Part shown: piece after piece, positions 27,840-42,795 of the stretch
Position numbering within the stretch: position 1 is the first letter of the stretch
Layout of the letters: every line of letters begins with the position of its first letter
Assembly: GCA_951406725.2 (NCBI GenBank)
Contig: OX597819.1
Location: forward strand, 99,820,001-99,884,000
DNA length: 64,000 bases
Direction of reading: 5' to 3'
Origin: Octopus vulgaris
Lineage: Eukaryota
The notes under the pieces: generated by a model
Databases searched by the model: none
Seen by the model: the letters and a program-made list of their open reading frames with translations, nothing else
What the model was told of the DNA's origin: nothing
Program-made: the position numbers and the translations under genes

Positions 27840-28162
27840 TGCATATAGGCACATATTTATATACGTGTGTATTCATGTATATATATGTTTGTGTGTGTGT
27901 GTGTTTATGTGGATGTGTACGTGCGTCTATGAATTATGTAAGTAAGTACTCGCTTACACATGCACACGCAATGAGTCGGACGTCTCTTCAGCTTTTAATG
28001 AGATCGTTAGGACGGCCATGCTGAGGCACCACCTTGAGGAATTTTAGTCGAATCGACTCGGAACCGCTGAGTTACTGGGGCGTAAACACACAAACACCAG
28101 TTGTTAAGCGGTGGTGGAGGGCCTAACACAAACACAGGCACAGTGACATACACACACATGTA

Positions 28163-28380
28163 TATGAGGTTCCTGAAAAATTGCGGGCAATGAGTAAAGT
28201 CAAATACAGGACGATCAGTTTAATTATGATTTTATTCAATATATTTCCCTCTCAGATTCACACACTTATTGCAGAGGTCGTTCAGTTTTTCTGAGCCCTG
28301 TAAAAGAATTTTGAAGTTTGCGGCTCCAACTAGGCCTTCCGCTGAAATCTTCAAGCCAGGATCATTTCAGAACATCTCGT
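28163..28380 (-). mobile_element. Mariner-derived MITE (~220 bp)
   Basis: Imperfect TIRs tgaggttcctgaaaaattgcgggc / gccaggatcatttcagaacatctcg. The minus strand retains the transposase tail CNKCVNLRGKYIE*. Confidence 0.65.
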
Positions 28381-28900
28381 GTGTGTACATATGTGCGTGG
28401 GTGTATGTGTGTGAGTGCGTGCGTGTGTGTGTGTGTGTGAGTGCGTGCGTCTATGCGTGTCTATGTGAAAATATATATGTAAATATAAATATATATATAT
28501 AGACACTTATAAACACATATATACATGCATACACATAAACACACTCAGGCACACTCAAACACACACACATATATATATGTGTCTGTGTGTGTGTGTATGT
28601 GAGTATATGTGTATGTATTATGTATCTATGCATCTAAGTATCCGTGTATGTATTATTGAATCTCAAACGACTTCACAAATAGTTACTCCGATTTTGCAGC
28701 GCACGCTGCCGAGTATGAGACCATCTGCATCTGTTCAGTGAGTTAAGCTGGTGCGCAAAGGACTGTCAGATGATTTTTCCACTTGGAGCACTGAGTAACA
28801 ATTTGTGAATGCTTTTACCTTGAATATAATATCATTTTTACTCAACCGTGAGTGTTCAAGTACAAATTCTTCACCTTACTTCGTACACAAACATATGTAA

Positions 28901-28988
<88 letters not shown>

Positions 28989-29199
28989 GTGTAGCTAAAT
29001 ATCATTCAAATTCTGCTCTAGTCTTAAAACAAACAATGAAAACACAAAAGAAAGAGATGAGATAATATAGACCGAGATGTCTTCATTAAAAAGCGAGATG
29101 GTCATAGGGTGAATGTTTTTGACCATAGGTCTGCTCAATCAGGTCTGAGCTGGAACTGATCTTGTGTCGTCAATAGTAGAAGATATTTCACGTATATTT

Positions 29200-29430
29200 G
29201 GTGGCGAGCTGGTAGAAACGTTAGCACACCGAGCGAAATACTTAACGGTATTTCGTCTGCCGTTACGTTCTGAGTTCAAATTCCTCCGAGGTCAACTTTG
29301 CCTTTCATCCTTTCGGGAGCGATTAAATAAGTACCAGTTATGCACTGGAGTCGATATAATCGATTTAACCCGTTTGTCTGTCCTTGTTTGTCCCCTCTGT
29401 GTTTAGCCTCTTGTGGGTAGTAAAGAAATA
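29200..29430 (+). mobile_element. Full-length family-A SINE (tail variant 1) with a 15-bp TSD
   Basis: Direct repeat agatatttcacgtat at 29181-29195 and 29430-29444 flanks ggtggcgagctggtagaaacgttagc...gtttagcctcttgtgggtagtaaagaaata. Confidence 0.9.
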
Positions 29431-29869
29431 GATATTTCACGTATCTCCTATCGTCTCACCACGCCATTTCTCCTAACTTACCGGATATCAGAGTGATCGA
29501 ATGGTTAACATGCTTAATCCAGTAGAGTGAGATTTTGAATTCGATGCTACTGAGTGGTGTCTTGAACTAGTGTTCTTTTACCATTCACTCGAGTTAAACC
29601 ACGACTTGTGGGTGAAATGGGATTGACAGAAACAATATGTAGATAGGTCGAGTGGATTGTTCCTGTAATGCGCTGCCTTGTCACACACTATATGCTTTTG
29701 ATTGTCTCTTAGAATAAAATTAATCATGTAAATATCTATGGAATATTCAGCCACCTATACATTACTCATGAATTTACGAGTAATAATTCTACAGGACACT
29801 CATCGAAGAAACCGACTGATGATTCGCCATCAAAACATCATATATATATAGATATATATATATATATAT

Positions 29870-29909
<40 letters not shown>

Positions 29910-29962
29910 ATAGAGAGGGAGACAGAAAGAGACAGATATAGATAGATAGATAGATAGATAGG

Positions 29963-30060
<98 letters not shown>

Positions 30061-31488
30061 TACCCGTTTGTAAACTTATGACTGGAGTATATGCAGGTAC
30101 CACGTGGGGACGGGAAAGCACTCAATGGATTTTTCAGAAACTAAACAAAGACGTACAGACATACACAAAAACACATATATATAATATATATTCTGAAGGT
30201 GCGAGGCCTGGTGTTTAGGATGATGGGCTCAAAACCTTAGCGGTCACTTACAAACGAGTAAAACATGGTAGAATGTACCATGCTTTAGCTAAACGTTTCA
30301 AGGACCTGTGAAGGCGCAATCAGACATCAGCACATTGTGTACCGACCATTTCCAATCCTTAACTCAGTGGATGTGACAGCTTTACAGAGGCTGGGCTACA
30401 ATTCCCATAGGTCGGTAATCAATTTATGTGAGGAAACTTAAACGATGTGAAATAAACACCATGCATCACCAAGAACAAAAATCGAACCCTTGGCTTTATG
30501 ATTTTTGAACCGAGCGCCCTAAACACTAGGCCAAGCTAATTTAATAAGATAAAGCATTTAATTAGGTGCACTATCTCTTTCAAGCAAGTACCTTTGTATG
30601 AGGTACATAAAATCGATAAGGGTCGTTTATAGAGTAATAAACACTTCATGGGTGATTAAACCTATTGATTTTCTGAGGTGGCGAAAAGAAAAACAGTCAG
30701 TGTTGTACGAAGTATTAGAAAGCTGAATGAAGTGAGGTGGACTGATGACTGAAATCAGGGTGGAAGATCAGGGTGCAATAACTGTGACTGGTCATGGTGA
30801 TGAGGAGGGAGACGATGATGGTAATGATGCAGTTGGTGGTGCGAAGACTGTTGATTATGATGATGTTTGTGGTGATGGTGATGGTGTTGGTGGTAATGAT
30901 GACGACAGCGATAGAAGTGATGACAGTAATAACGGACACGATGGCGGCAGTAGTGTTGGTGATATATCTGACGATGATAAAAGTGATGATTATTATGACT
31001 TTGCTAATTTTTACTATGACAATGACGTGTAATTTTATGATGTTGATTATGATGGCAGCGATGAATGTGACACAGATGCTGCTGCTGCTAATAATGATAG
31101 TTACTACGTCTATGACAGAACCATGTGGATTCATCGTATATGGCAAGTGTTAACACAATTGTCATAAATGTGACCCAACCTTGAGACATCTAGGGCGACA
31201 TTGGTGGTAGCTCAGCCTGTTAAAAGTTGAAGCTAAACACCCTTAATTACACCCTACCGTCTTCAGAAATGAATGACATTCTGAACATTAAATTTATATG
31301 TGTGTGGTAGAATGGTTTGATCATTGATCTGCTGGATAAATGCCGGCTTGGAGCTGAACATCAACATGGACATGGTTACGGTTGGGAAGTCTTTGATTCA
31401 AGTCTTTGATTATACATTTGCTGGATGAGAAACGACGTTGTTCTAAATAATAATAAAAAAAAGCAATATTATACTATTCGGTCGGTTT

Positions 31489-31531
<43 letters not shown>

Positions 31532-31779
31532 TGAGCATGTACTTAATGAGAAATTATGTGCATACAGAGTCTCTTTGATATGCCGGTGTTCGTTGATAAA
31601 GATAGAGATCAATATATTGATATACAGAGCGGCACTTGAATCCACATATACATACATGCGTAATGCACAGAAACACATACATGCATAAATGTGTAATACA
31701 CATACATACACGTTTCATTATCTCTTTAGAATCTCTAGTTAATTTGAAACAAAGATGAAATGTGAATGATTAGTGATTG

Positions 31780-32830
31780 AAATTCAAAAGAAAGCAACTC
31801 AAACCGATACGAAAAAAAATGATCGTTCATGGATTATTACAGATTAAGAATGGTGTTGTTGAAAAATTAAAGACTTAAATCAAGAACAAATAACATTACT
31901 TGAATGGTTGGGGTGAAAACAATATTAATGAATATATTGATACAATCACACGAATATTGTATAGGTCGTCACTGGTGGTTTTAAGGACGGTTCCTTGGAA
32001 AGTTTTGTACGACTTCACTTTTTGTGAATGTTATTTGAGTAATGTGGTTTTGTCAGAAGGGATATAGCAGTCATCCACGGTGTCAAGATTAAAAGAATTA
32101 CTGCTTCTTATCTATATCTTAGCTCTAGAAACTATAGTATTTCATCGAGCAAATGTATGGTTCCAATACGATTCTTTGCTTCAGCCTAGGTGTCTAAAGG
32201 AATGCGTGTAGGAATAGAGCCTTGATTTAAAATTGTGTTTATTCCAATGTGAGTTTTAGAGCTGTTTTTCGTCGTATATTTGTAATAAATTGGTACACCA
32301 TATGCTTTGACAAACAGTTAATTCTGGAGATCAGCATCGGTTCCTTTGTTCTGTTGTGAATTTTTAATCAATTCCTATAATCGTTTTATTTGCGGTTTTT
32401 ATCTTTTTGACATTCGTAAATTATCTCAGAAGATTATATTCCTTCTGACCGCGCTACTTCGGTTTTCACAAACATATTGCAATAAATGTATGTATAAATA
32501 TGTGTATTCGTGCATGTGCGTGTGTAATCGCTTGTTGTAGAGATAAAGTTGGCTGAGACTTCAAGTTTGCTAATCTGCTTCTTCAACTGGTCAAATATTC
32601 TTTATCTAATCTCGTTTCATCAAGAGAATATATACCAAGCTTCTAAACTCTGTAAAAAATTTCTGAATTAAATTACTGGATTAAATAAAAGTTATAGGTC
32701 TTCAGGGCGGAGTTGTAAACGATAGCTTTAGATAGTTCAGGGTATCTTGAAAACGAACTTTATACAATTTTATTGTGAATGAGAAAAACAACTTATTTGG
32801 GTGCAATTAGTTTAAATGAATAATAGCATT
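31780..32830 (-). mobile_element. Degenerate Penelope-like element (GIY-YIG region)
   Basis: Minus-strand fragments NCLSKHMVYQ...KTHIG...FKSRLYSYTHSFRHL resemble the PLE GIY-YIG pattern (C..KN.VYQ...YIG..FK.R...H..SFR); many disruptions. Outer limits are approximate. Confidence 0.55.
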
Positions 32831-32938
32831 ATAGTGCATTTAAATTTAATTGTGATACGATAGCCACGACCATATAATGGAAACCACGACCGTGTAATGG
32901 AAAATAGGAGTTGAGAGTAAAATATTAAAACAGTGTTC

Positions 32939-33337
32939 GTGGCTGTGTGGTAAGAAGTTTGCTTCCCTACCAAATGGTTGCGGTTTCAGTCCCACTGCGT
33001 GGCACCTTGGGTAAGTGTCTTCTTATAGCCTCAGGCCGACGAAAGCTTTGTGAATGGATTTGGAAACAGGAAAAAAGCCCGTCGTAATCTTTACGTGTGC
33101 GTGTGTCTTTGTGTTTGTACTTGCCCCCCACCACCACCACCATCACCATCGCTTGCTAACTAATGATGGTGTCTTTATGTTCCCTTAACTTAGCAGTCCG
33201 GCAAAAGAGTCCGAGAGAATAAGTACTAAGCTTACAAATATAAAGTCCTGGGGTCGATTTCTTCCATTAAAAAACCCTCTAAGGCGGCGCTCCAGCATGG
33301 ACGCAGTCAAATGAATGGAACAAAAGCGAAAAGAAAA
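32939..33337 (+). mobile_element. Family-B SINE
   Basis: gtggctgtgtggtaag...cagtcccactgcgtggcaccttggg...ggcggcgctccagcatgg. Confidence 0.85.
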
Positions 33338-33612
33338 ATTAGTGTGTAAAACCCGTTTATGGAAATCTCTTTATATTTAGGCAATCTATATTGAATTTAT
33401 TGGAATAAATATTTAATTTTCTCAATTTTCCAGTTGTGTACGTAGTTTTACGTAGTCTATATAACTTGAAATAGCTCTTATTGACACATAAAACATAAAA
33501 GCATTGACACATAAAAGGTTCATGCACTCACACACACACACTCACTCACACACACGCACTCACTCACACACCCGCACAATATTAATCTTAGCTAAACTAT
33601 CACTAACTGAAA

Positions 33613-34416
33613 TGCTAGGTCTGATCAAAAAGTATCTGGACTGTTGTCATAGTAACGTATCTAAATCACGCAGAGTAAAGCTATCAGGCAAAGATTCACC
33701 TTAAACTCTGCTGTGCATGCGCACTAAGTTTTAACGTTCTAGCTCACTTCCGCTGTTTAGCATGTGATTGTCGCATTGACCGTGACAGAAAATGTTGTTA
33801 TGGCGATATTTGATCAGAGGCCTATTCAGAGTTACAAAAAGTTTATGGGGAGAAGTGTATGAACCGCACACAAGTGTACGACTGGTTCAGACGTTTCCAA
33901 GATGGCCGACAAAATGTCGATATTGACAACGAAGGTTCTGGGAGACCGACAACCAGCAGAACTGAGAAAATCATTGCAGATATGCATGCAGCTGTGAGGG
34001 AAAACCGTCGAATTACCATCCGCGTATTATCAGCGGATGATCAGATTAGTCACCCTTCAGTTCAGTCCATTATCACTGACGATTTCAGTATAAGACGCAT
34101 ATCTACTGGTTTTAGCTGAGCAAGAAGAAACTCGATAAAAACTTTGCGTAGGCCGCTCAGCAGGTATCACCTAGCTTTTGACAAAATTTAAGGCAGATTC
34201 TCTGTTCAACTTTCTCTGTCATGATCAATGCAACGATCACATGCTACACAACTTCCTTCCAAGTACTGATGTAAACAGCGGAAGTGAGCTTGAACGTTAA
34301 ATCTTAATGCGCATGCACAGAAGAATTTAAAGTCAATCTGTACCAAGCGGCTTCACTCTCCGTACTTTAGACTCGTTACTATAGCAACAACCCGGATACT
34401 TATTGATCAGACCACG
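33613..34416 (+). mobile_element. Mariner derivative built from two inverted 5' ends, with a transposase HTH remnant
   Basis: TIRs ggtctgatcaaaaagtatctgg / ccggatacttattgatcagacc, with inverted similarity extending ~190 bp. ORF 33859-34119 MNRTQVYDWFRRFQDGR...SGRPTTS...ENRRITIR matches the mariner N-terminal HTH. Confidence 0.85.
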
Positions 34417-35337
34417 AATAACTCACTCTTTAGATTTTTAGATTCATTTATTAATACACCATCCTTCTTACTTTTAACATAATTCTATATAGTAGTCAGA
34501 TGAATTAACCCCATATGTTAAAGTGCTATCCTACTTATTTCCGTATCAATCATTTTTGATGTTTCCCAGAGTTAGTGTTTCATCCAGTTCAATTATGCTT
34601 CTTATCAAACAGTATGTAAGGAGAATTTGATGTATTTATAAAAAAAGTTTTTGTGCCCTTTATATCTTCTCTTACAGTGGATTTAGGACAGACAACTGTT
34701 GCTGATCCTAACAGACTGCCGCCATCGGTCGCGTCGACGTGGACGGAACCTCGAGCTTTCGTTCGAACCTAACAGACATATGTTTTTGCTCTGCATCTGC
34801 TCCTAGATTACTGTCAAGTTTATCAATGTTTTCATTAGAATATTTGTCACTGCCTCAAATAAAAATCGGCAATATCATAACCTCATTTACTTCTTCGTTT
34901 CTGCACATAAAACTTCCATACTTCAAGCCTATATTCTTTAAGCGCTACATTCTCTTTATCTTTCTTTTTGTTCTGATATTAAATGGACGCACCGCATCAG
35001 TTACAATACATAGTTTCTTTTCCTTGTAGTGGACTACTCTTCTATTGATTTGTAAAATAAAGTCCCTTAGCAACTTCACATCATCTTTTTTGAGGACCTA
35101 CATTTCTGTAGTCGGAAAACGTTTATAGCTATTTTTTATACATGCAATATCAATTTCTTTTAGTTATTATCATACACATGCATACGTAATCTATAAGTTC
35201 TGATATTTTCATTCATGCGTTTTTACACACATCCTATAGACAATTAAACCGAGGGAAATTTCGTTGCCGCTTTTTGGTGTTAGAACGGGCAACGAATTAA
35301 ATCTTCTTCTCCTCCTCTTCATCCTCCCTTTCTTCAT

Positions 35338-35424
<87 letters not shown>

Positions 35425-35592
35425 TACAACTTCAGTAATAGTAATAGCTGTGCATCTACTGCATATCACTAACAGACTTGTATTCATGAACATAAAGCAA
35501 CAATAATGCTGCTGTACCTACGAAACTACCTAACAAACATAGTTCTATGAAAATTGATGTTTTTATTCTCCCCTCTCTTATCTCTCTTTCCC

Positions 35593-35626
<34 letters not shown>

Positions 35627-35673
35627 TTCTCACTCCCTCATATGATGTACTTGTGTATACACACACACACACC

Positions 35674-35722
<49 letters not shown>

Positions 35723-35729
35723 GTATATG

Positions 35730-35817
<88 letters not shown>

Positions 35818-37077
35818 TATATATAATCTCACATACACAAACACATATATATATATAACCGAGTTTGTGTGTGTGTGTGTGTGTGGCGCATATGTTTCTT
35901 ATGGATTCAAACACTGAATTGCCGATTTGGACGTATGCGGTATCGAAAGATTCAGAATTTCTTGGTTGCAAAATGAAGTATGCCTTTTGCAAACTCTTTT
36001 TTACTACGAAAATAACATCGAAAACGAGGTCAGATCTCAAAATTTTGAGGTCATCTTCGGATTTGCTTCTAATCTACGTTGCCAATTTAAATGTTTTCGG
36101 TGTCAAAAAAGTACAGGGAGTATTATGAATGCATTTGTGATGCACAAAACCCTATTTGTCAACGGAAAATGATCAAAAAAAATTCTTTTTGGAACAATTA
36201 TTGGCACATTTTTCGTCAATAATGGCTTTTGTGCTACAACTAAACTGTCAATGTGAACGTTTTCCATGATTAAACAATGTTTTTGATGCATTGTGATACC
36301 ATTTACCATTCTTTGCACAAAGCCCTATTTATCAGCAGAAAATTGAGTAAAGAACCATGTTCTGGCATAAGTGTGATCGCTTCTGGCATTACTATCGAAA
36401 ACAATTTGTCCATGTAGATTTTCTTGGTAGCAAACGACTCAGGAATGCCAAAGGAGCGTTCTCAGGTTTAAATTCAATAAAATTTCCCCTAGGATTAAGC
36501 ACAGTAAGAGCCTATATTCGTTCAAATGTGGTAAAGACGTGAAGGAATGACTAAAACCTTCCGAGCTGTTTTACCTTTAACATTTGCTCTATATTCATCT
36601 CAATTTATACAAAGTTGCTTATCGTTATTACTATATTTTCATACCTATTATTCCATAAGCCGCAAACTTCGTCAGGATTTTGCGGCAATTTCCTAATTTT
36701 TCAAAGTAGATGAGCATATACTATAATGCGAGTGGTGCGATGGAAAACAAATGTCTGACCTGAAGAACACAGTAAAGAAAACAACAACAACACTCATATA
36801 TGCGAGGGAAAATTAAGTTCACATACACTCATGAGTCCGACCACGGTGCGTATTCATTGGTCGCGATACAAACTGTGTTCACTGATTGGTAGGATTTCAA
36901 ATCAACTTTTCCTTATCAGAGACATGTACTGCAATACCAGTTGGTCGTGGTGATATTGGTATCAACGACCTAGGCAACGCCAGTGTGCATTGTGTGTGGT
37001 GCGTACGTCCTGCTTGAACTCGAAAATTTGAGCATGGTCGCGGCCTTCGGGCTAAAACATTTTTAGGATTTTTAAGG

Positions 37078-37124
<47 letters not shown>

Positions 37125-37343
37125 ACATAATGTGGCTTTAGGTCATAATACCCCTGCAACGTAGGGGTGCATTGTTAGTGTGTGTGTGTGTGTGTGTTTG
37201 TGTGTGTGTATCTATACATACGTACATATATATATATATATATAAATATATATATATATATTGTTGTACTTCGGGATGGTCATTTATTTATGATTATTAT
37301 ATTTTTGCCAAACACACGCATTATATATATATATATATATCTA

Positions 37344-37396
<53 letters not shown>

Positions 37397-37695
37397 CTTC
37401 ATTGATAAGTGCTGTTATCTTATTCACACACACACGCACACGCGCGCACACACACACATACACAAACAAACAAATAAACAAGGACACAAACGCATGCGCA
37501 CATAAAGATACACATCTTAGAAGAACAGAATGAAGTGAGTTGAGCAAGAACGCACACGGAAACCAAAAGTGTCACTGAAGAGGTCACAGATGTGTCAGGA
37601 AATATTTCCAGACAATGGACAGGCGTCAAAATAATAAAAATAACATAATATTAATAAGCGAGTGAAGAAAATATATATACATACATACATACATA

Positions 37696-37734
<39 letters not shown>

Positions 37735-37900
37735 GAAATAAATAATTTCTATAAGGCTTTAAAACCAATATACTGGTAGAATTCGTATGTATATAGCCGA
37801 TTACCCGGAACTTATATATATATATTGTATATAAGAAAGGCAAACGTTTGACCCTAGAAAAATAAATAGCGTCAAGAATGCTTATTTCATCAAAGTTACT

Positions 37901-37946
<46 letters not shown>

Positions 37947-37977
37947 TATTATATCATACTCAAACCTTCTGACATGG

Positions 37978-38052
<75 letters not shown>

Positions 38053-38204
38053 TGCGTGTGTTTTTTTTGCAAAAGAAAAATATAATAATAATAATAAATG
38101 AAATGGCAATCCCAAAGTAACAACAATATGTTTCAAGACATAATTTCACGTCATAAATCTTTGAGAGCGAATTTAGAAATATATAAATATATATATATAT
38201 ATGT

Positions 38205-38284
<80 letters not shown>

Positions 38285-38918
38285 AGTATAGGATAGGGAT
38301 TCAGACAGAGAATTTTGTGGTTATCATAGAAAGTCTCTCTTACGGACTCGGCTAACAGAGAAGCGTAATGCAGAGAGTCTGTGCAGCTGAAATCCAGAAA
38401 ACGCGATTGATGAAATTATTTCATAAGGGGTATTTAAAACATATAAGTCAGGAGGCATGCCAGGTTAATACATATTTATTCAAGCAAGTACAATACGCAG
38501 GATTATGATCATTTCATAACCTTTACCATGTAGTTTAAATTTCAGTGAGAAAGAAGTTATGCGTATTTGTCTACATTAATATTCGGGCACAGTATTATAC
38601 TATACATTTATATATTCACAAGTCAATGCAAGCAAAAAAGAAAACTAGCTCATCACATCAGATCATCATGCTAACACCAACAATTCAACTCCCAAATTTT
38701 ATGACTTTTATGGATTATATACTTCTCATGAATATGCAATCGAATTGTATAATGCCGTGCATGCACATTATTGCAAATATGTACGCATAATTTCTTACAC
38801 ACTGAAATTTATACTACATTAAGAGGATTGCGAAACGACCGTATCTCAACGGCTGTCTCGAGCTTAAGTAAATATATATTCACCTCTTATATCTTCTGGC
38901 TTTTATTGGTTATATATA

Positions 38919-39712
38919 CGAGGTGGTATCAAAAAGTTTTCCGACTAGTTACGTCTAATAAAATATAACTTATTAACCTAAGTTTTAGCATCGTCACTTT
39001 CGAAATAGTCACCTTGCACCGGTACTAGTGTTCCTACCACTTTTGGAATCTGACTCGGAAGTCATTTATCGTAAGTGAGTCGAGGACCTCCTGAAGTTCG
39101 CTGTGGATCTTGGCCACAGTTTTAAAATGGCAACCTTTGATCTGCATTTTCATGTTGGGGAAGAGATGGAAGCTTGCCGGTACTAAACCTGGTGAATAGG
39201 GTGGGTGTTGAATTAATACCATGTCGTTTTTGGCGAGAAACTCATCAGTGAGAAGTTCTCGTTGACATGATGCATTGTCGTCGTGAAGAATCCAATTCTT
39301 CGCGCTGCACAGATCTGTTCCCTTTCGCCGAATTTCTTCCCTCAAACGCTTCAAAACGTCGTCTATTGTCCTGAAACGATCCTCATGCACAAACTGATGA
39401 ATATTCTATTAGACGACGCTCGTAGCAGGCCATCCAGATCACTCATTGTCTTCCAGGGACATTTTTGAAGCGGCTGTACCACTCGACACATTGCATACGG
39501 CCCATTGCCTTGCTACTGTAAGCTTGCCGAGGAATGTTCAATGTCTCCGTAGCAGACTTCGCAAGTTTAACGCAAACTTTCATGTTAAATTTTTGTTCCT
39601 GACAAAATCGCTGACTACAGCATATTGCATAAACACAAAGTTTCCAACTTACGAAGTAAGCACAGCGATGTCACCCGGCACACTGTCTCGTGAAGGTCAC
39701 TGCTAGCTCTCT
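38919..39712 (-). mobile_element. Internally deleted mariner transposon
   Basis: TA then cgaggtggtatcaaaaagtt TIR at 38919. C-terminal WILHDDNA...HPPYSPGLVPASFHLFP (YSPDL motif region) is fused to N-terminal EQKFNMKVCVKLAKSATETL. Confidence 0.88.
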
Positions 39713-39714
39713 CA

Positions 39715-39950
39715 TTGCGCACGCTGAACTGCTCCAAGTTCCGCTATTAATTTGACACTGTAGAGTGGCCAGAGTTGAGAGCTGTGGTTCAACGGCTAAA
39801 TACAAATTTCCTCCATAGAACCAGCATAGATTCCTGGTCCCTTGTTCAGAAGGTTCTCAGAATCTATCCGGCCATTCGCCTGCAAACTGCCACCATTTTG
39901 GTGATATGCATGTGAAACGAGGTATCGTTGCTCACATCAAACACCAGATC
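39715..39950 (-). mobile_element. CR1-type LINE fragment
   Basis: Minus strand CRRMAG*ILRTF*TRDQESMLVLWRKFVFSR..HSSQLWPLYSVKLIAELGAVQR, the typical post-RT region of CR1. Confidence 0.7.
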
Positions 39951-40190
39951 ATGCACTACGTGATTTGGGGGGTTGCTGCTACTTTTGGTCCAAAGTATTG
40001 CTGTTGTGGCTTCTGAGCACTTTTCACTACAAAGATCTCATGACTTGTGTGTCAAACAGCCTTTAACAAATAAGTTCAACTACTGGCCTTCTTGTGCGAC
40101 TCTACGTTCATGTTGCACTGAATTATTTGTAATGACAACAGAAAGGATGTAGGGAGATGGCGCGTTAAAATCAGTGCTTCAAGTTATTTG

Positions 40191-40260
<70 letters not shown>

Positions 40261-40282
40261 GTAAACAGACGGACAGAGAGAC

Positions 40283-40334
<52 letters not shown>

Positions 40335-41567
40335 CAAAAGCGTATTGCCTTTTCCTGATATATATAGGAAATTTTAGACCGCATTTTCAAGTGTTCACAA
40401 TACAATAAAATGAGAAGCGATTTAAGGGAGATTCATTTGTTCTACATTTGTTTGTGTGTCGTGTTTCATCTTCATTAACATGTTTTTCATCAAACACAAT
40501 GGGGCGGTAAGAGCGAATGTTTTCTGCACCAGAAACTGTGCATCTTGTGTTCCAACATTGTCTTTCCACTTTACTATTTTGTTTTCGAGTGTATGCTGTC
40601 TATAAATCTGTTCTATACGATGGCTTCGTGTTTTATACAGTTCATTATAGTTTTCTGTGTCTTGCTGGTTGGTTACATGAAGACAAAGTTAGCATAATTT
40701 AGTATGGATTAAGTATGGAGTTTATGTTATACAGTTATTTTTTTTCTCTAGTTTCAACTCAGAGCTGCGGCCATGCTAATGCACCGCCGTTATGGTATAT
40801 TAAAATAAATATCCTACACTTTGTAAAAATACATTTCAGAAACGATGATTAGTTCCTGTTGGAATCGAAATACATACCAAAATAGCTCAAACTTTGTGTT
40901 TATGTTTCTGGTAATTTCCATATCAAAGTAAGTGAGCATGATAGCACAATAACCGACGTAGTTTCTCTGTTGCTAACATAGAACTGGCTGCTCTAAATGT
41001 GTCTGTGCCATGTTTTGCCTTCTTTGCCATATCCTTTCTGTATGCGGTGGATGTTTATTCTGAGTATGCAATAGTTTATGTCGTTGAGTACGTTCTTTGG
41101 ATGCGCTTGCCGTTCTCAGACGTTATTAGCAAAAATCAGATGGTAGAAATTTTTTAATATCATGTTTTGAAACAATATTTCTTGTTGCTATATACTTGGT
41201 TCATGTACTTTTGCATCGATCACTGGATAATTCTGAGACTGACGACGAAGTTATTTGTATATGAGGCTTTGGGTTTTGCTTCGAGAATTTAAGCGTAGGT
41301 TTCCTGGCACGAGTTAAAACGGAAGGTGAGAAGGATATTTGTGGTTCTTTATTCGAGGAACTACAAATTCTATAAGTGTAGTTTTTATACACTACCATAA
41401 GCTTGGGGATCTGTTACACAGCTTCCCAACCAGAATTTTGTATTGTTTCAAGGGGAGATTGAGAATTCTTTTGAACATCGGAACAAAAATAATTACCGAA
41501 TATACGGTACGAACTGTTTGATTATACTTGGATGCAAGTGACGGCTAGGCAACTTTATATCTGCTTG

Positions 41568-41701
<134 letters not shown>

Positions 41702-41720
41702 CGTCTAACTCTCTCTCTCT

Positions 41721-41780
<60 letters not shown>

Positions 41781-41885
41781 CATACATATATGCACATCCA
41801 TACATATATATGTATATATATATTTACGTTGTGCTTATGTGTGTTTACACACACAGACACACACACACACAGACACTCAGACACA

Positions 41886-41983
<98 letters not shown>

Positions 41984-42458
41984 TATCTGTGCCTCTGTGT
42001 GTGTGAGAGAAAGCATTGCTAAAGAAAGTAGTGAGGGAAACATTTGCTGGGCGGTCTGTTAACACAATCAGCGCAATGCTCTTCTTTCTTTATCAAATTA
42101 CCTGTTGAAAACATGCCATTCATATCCAACCGTACTGCCATTCATGAAATCTATTTCGGCAGTCATCGATTTTATGAATTAATGAACATTGCTAGGAATC
42201 TTTCACCGAACACACGCAGTTACTTCAGATGCAAATAGCCATATAATGTCCGACACCCACACAAAAATATCAACATGCGTGTTTAGGCTACAATATGCAC
42301 ATATAATGAATCACACAAACATATAAATACAAACATATCCTAGCTTAGAAACAGAGTCCAACACGAGAAACTTTCACACGCGTCACCAATATGATTATAT
42401 ACAAAAGCGGTATCCAAACACATGCTAACATACGCAAACATATCTAAACACACCTATC

Positions 42459-42538
<80 letters not shown>

Positions 42539-42546
42539 CTCTCTCT

Positions 42547-42581
<35 letters not shown>

Positions 42582-42707
42582 AATAATGAGGGAGATAAAT
42601 TGAATATTAACTTAATTAATATCAATTTAAAACCAGTAGCCTAGCATACAAAAATCTGAAAAATCAGAGAAAATTCTAATACATGTGTATATTTAAAGGG
42701 CCTTTAA

Positions 42708-42792
<85 letters not shown>

Positions 42793-42795
<3 letters not shown>

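Noticed and set aside
29200-29290. tRNA genes at A/B-box-like sequences (also 5350 and 50560-50630)
   Set aside because: They are SINE heads continuing into shared SINE bodies, with no complete cloverleaf.
30745-31153. Asp/Gly-rich or Met-rich ORFs
   Set aside because: Degenerate (GAT/GGT)n repeat that is open in several frames.
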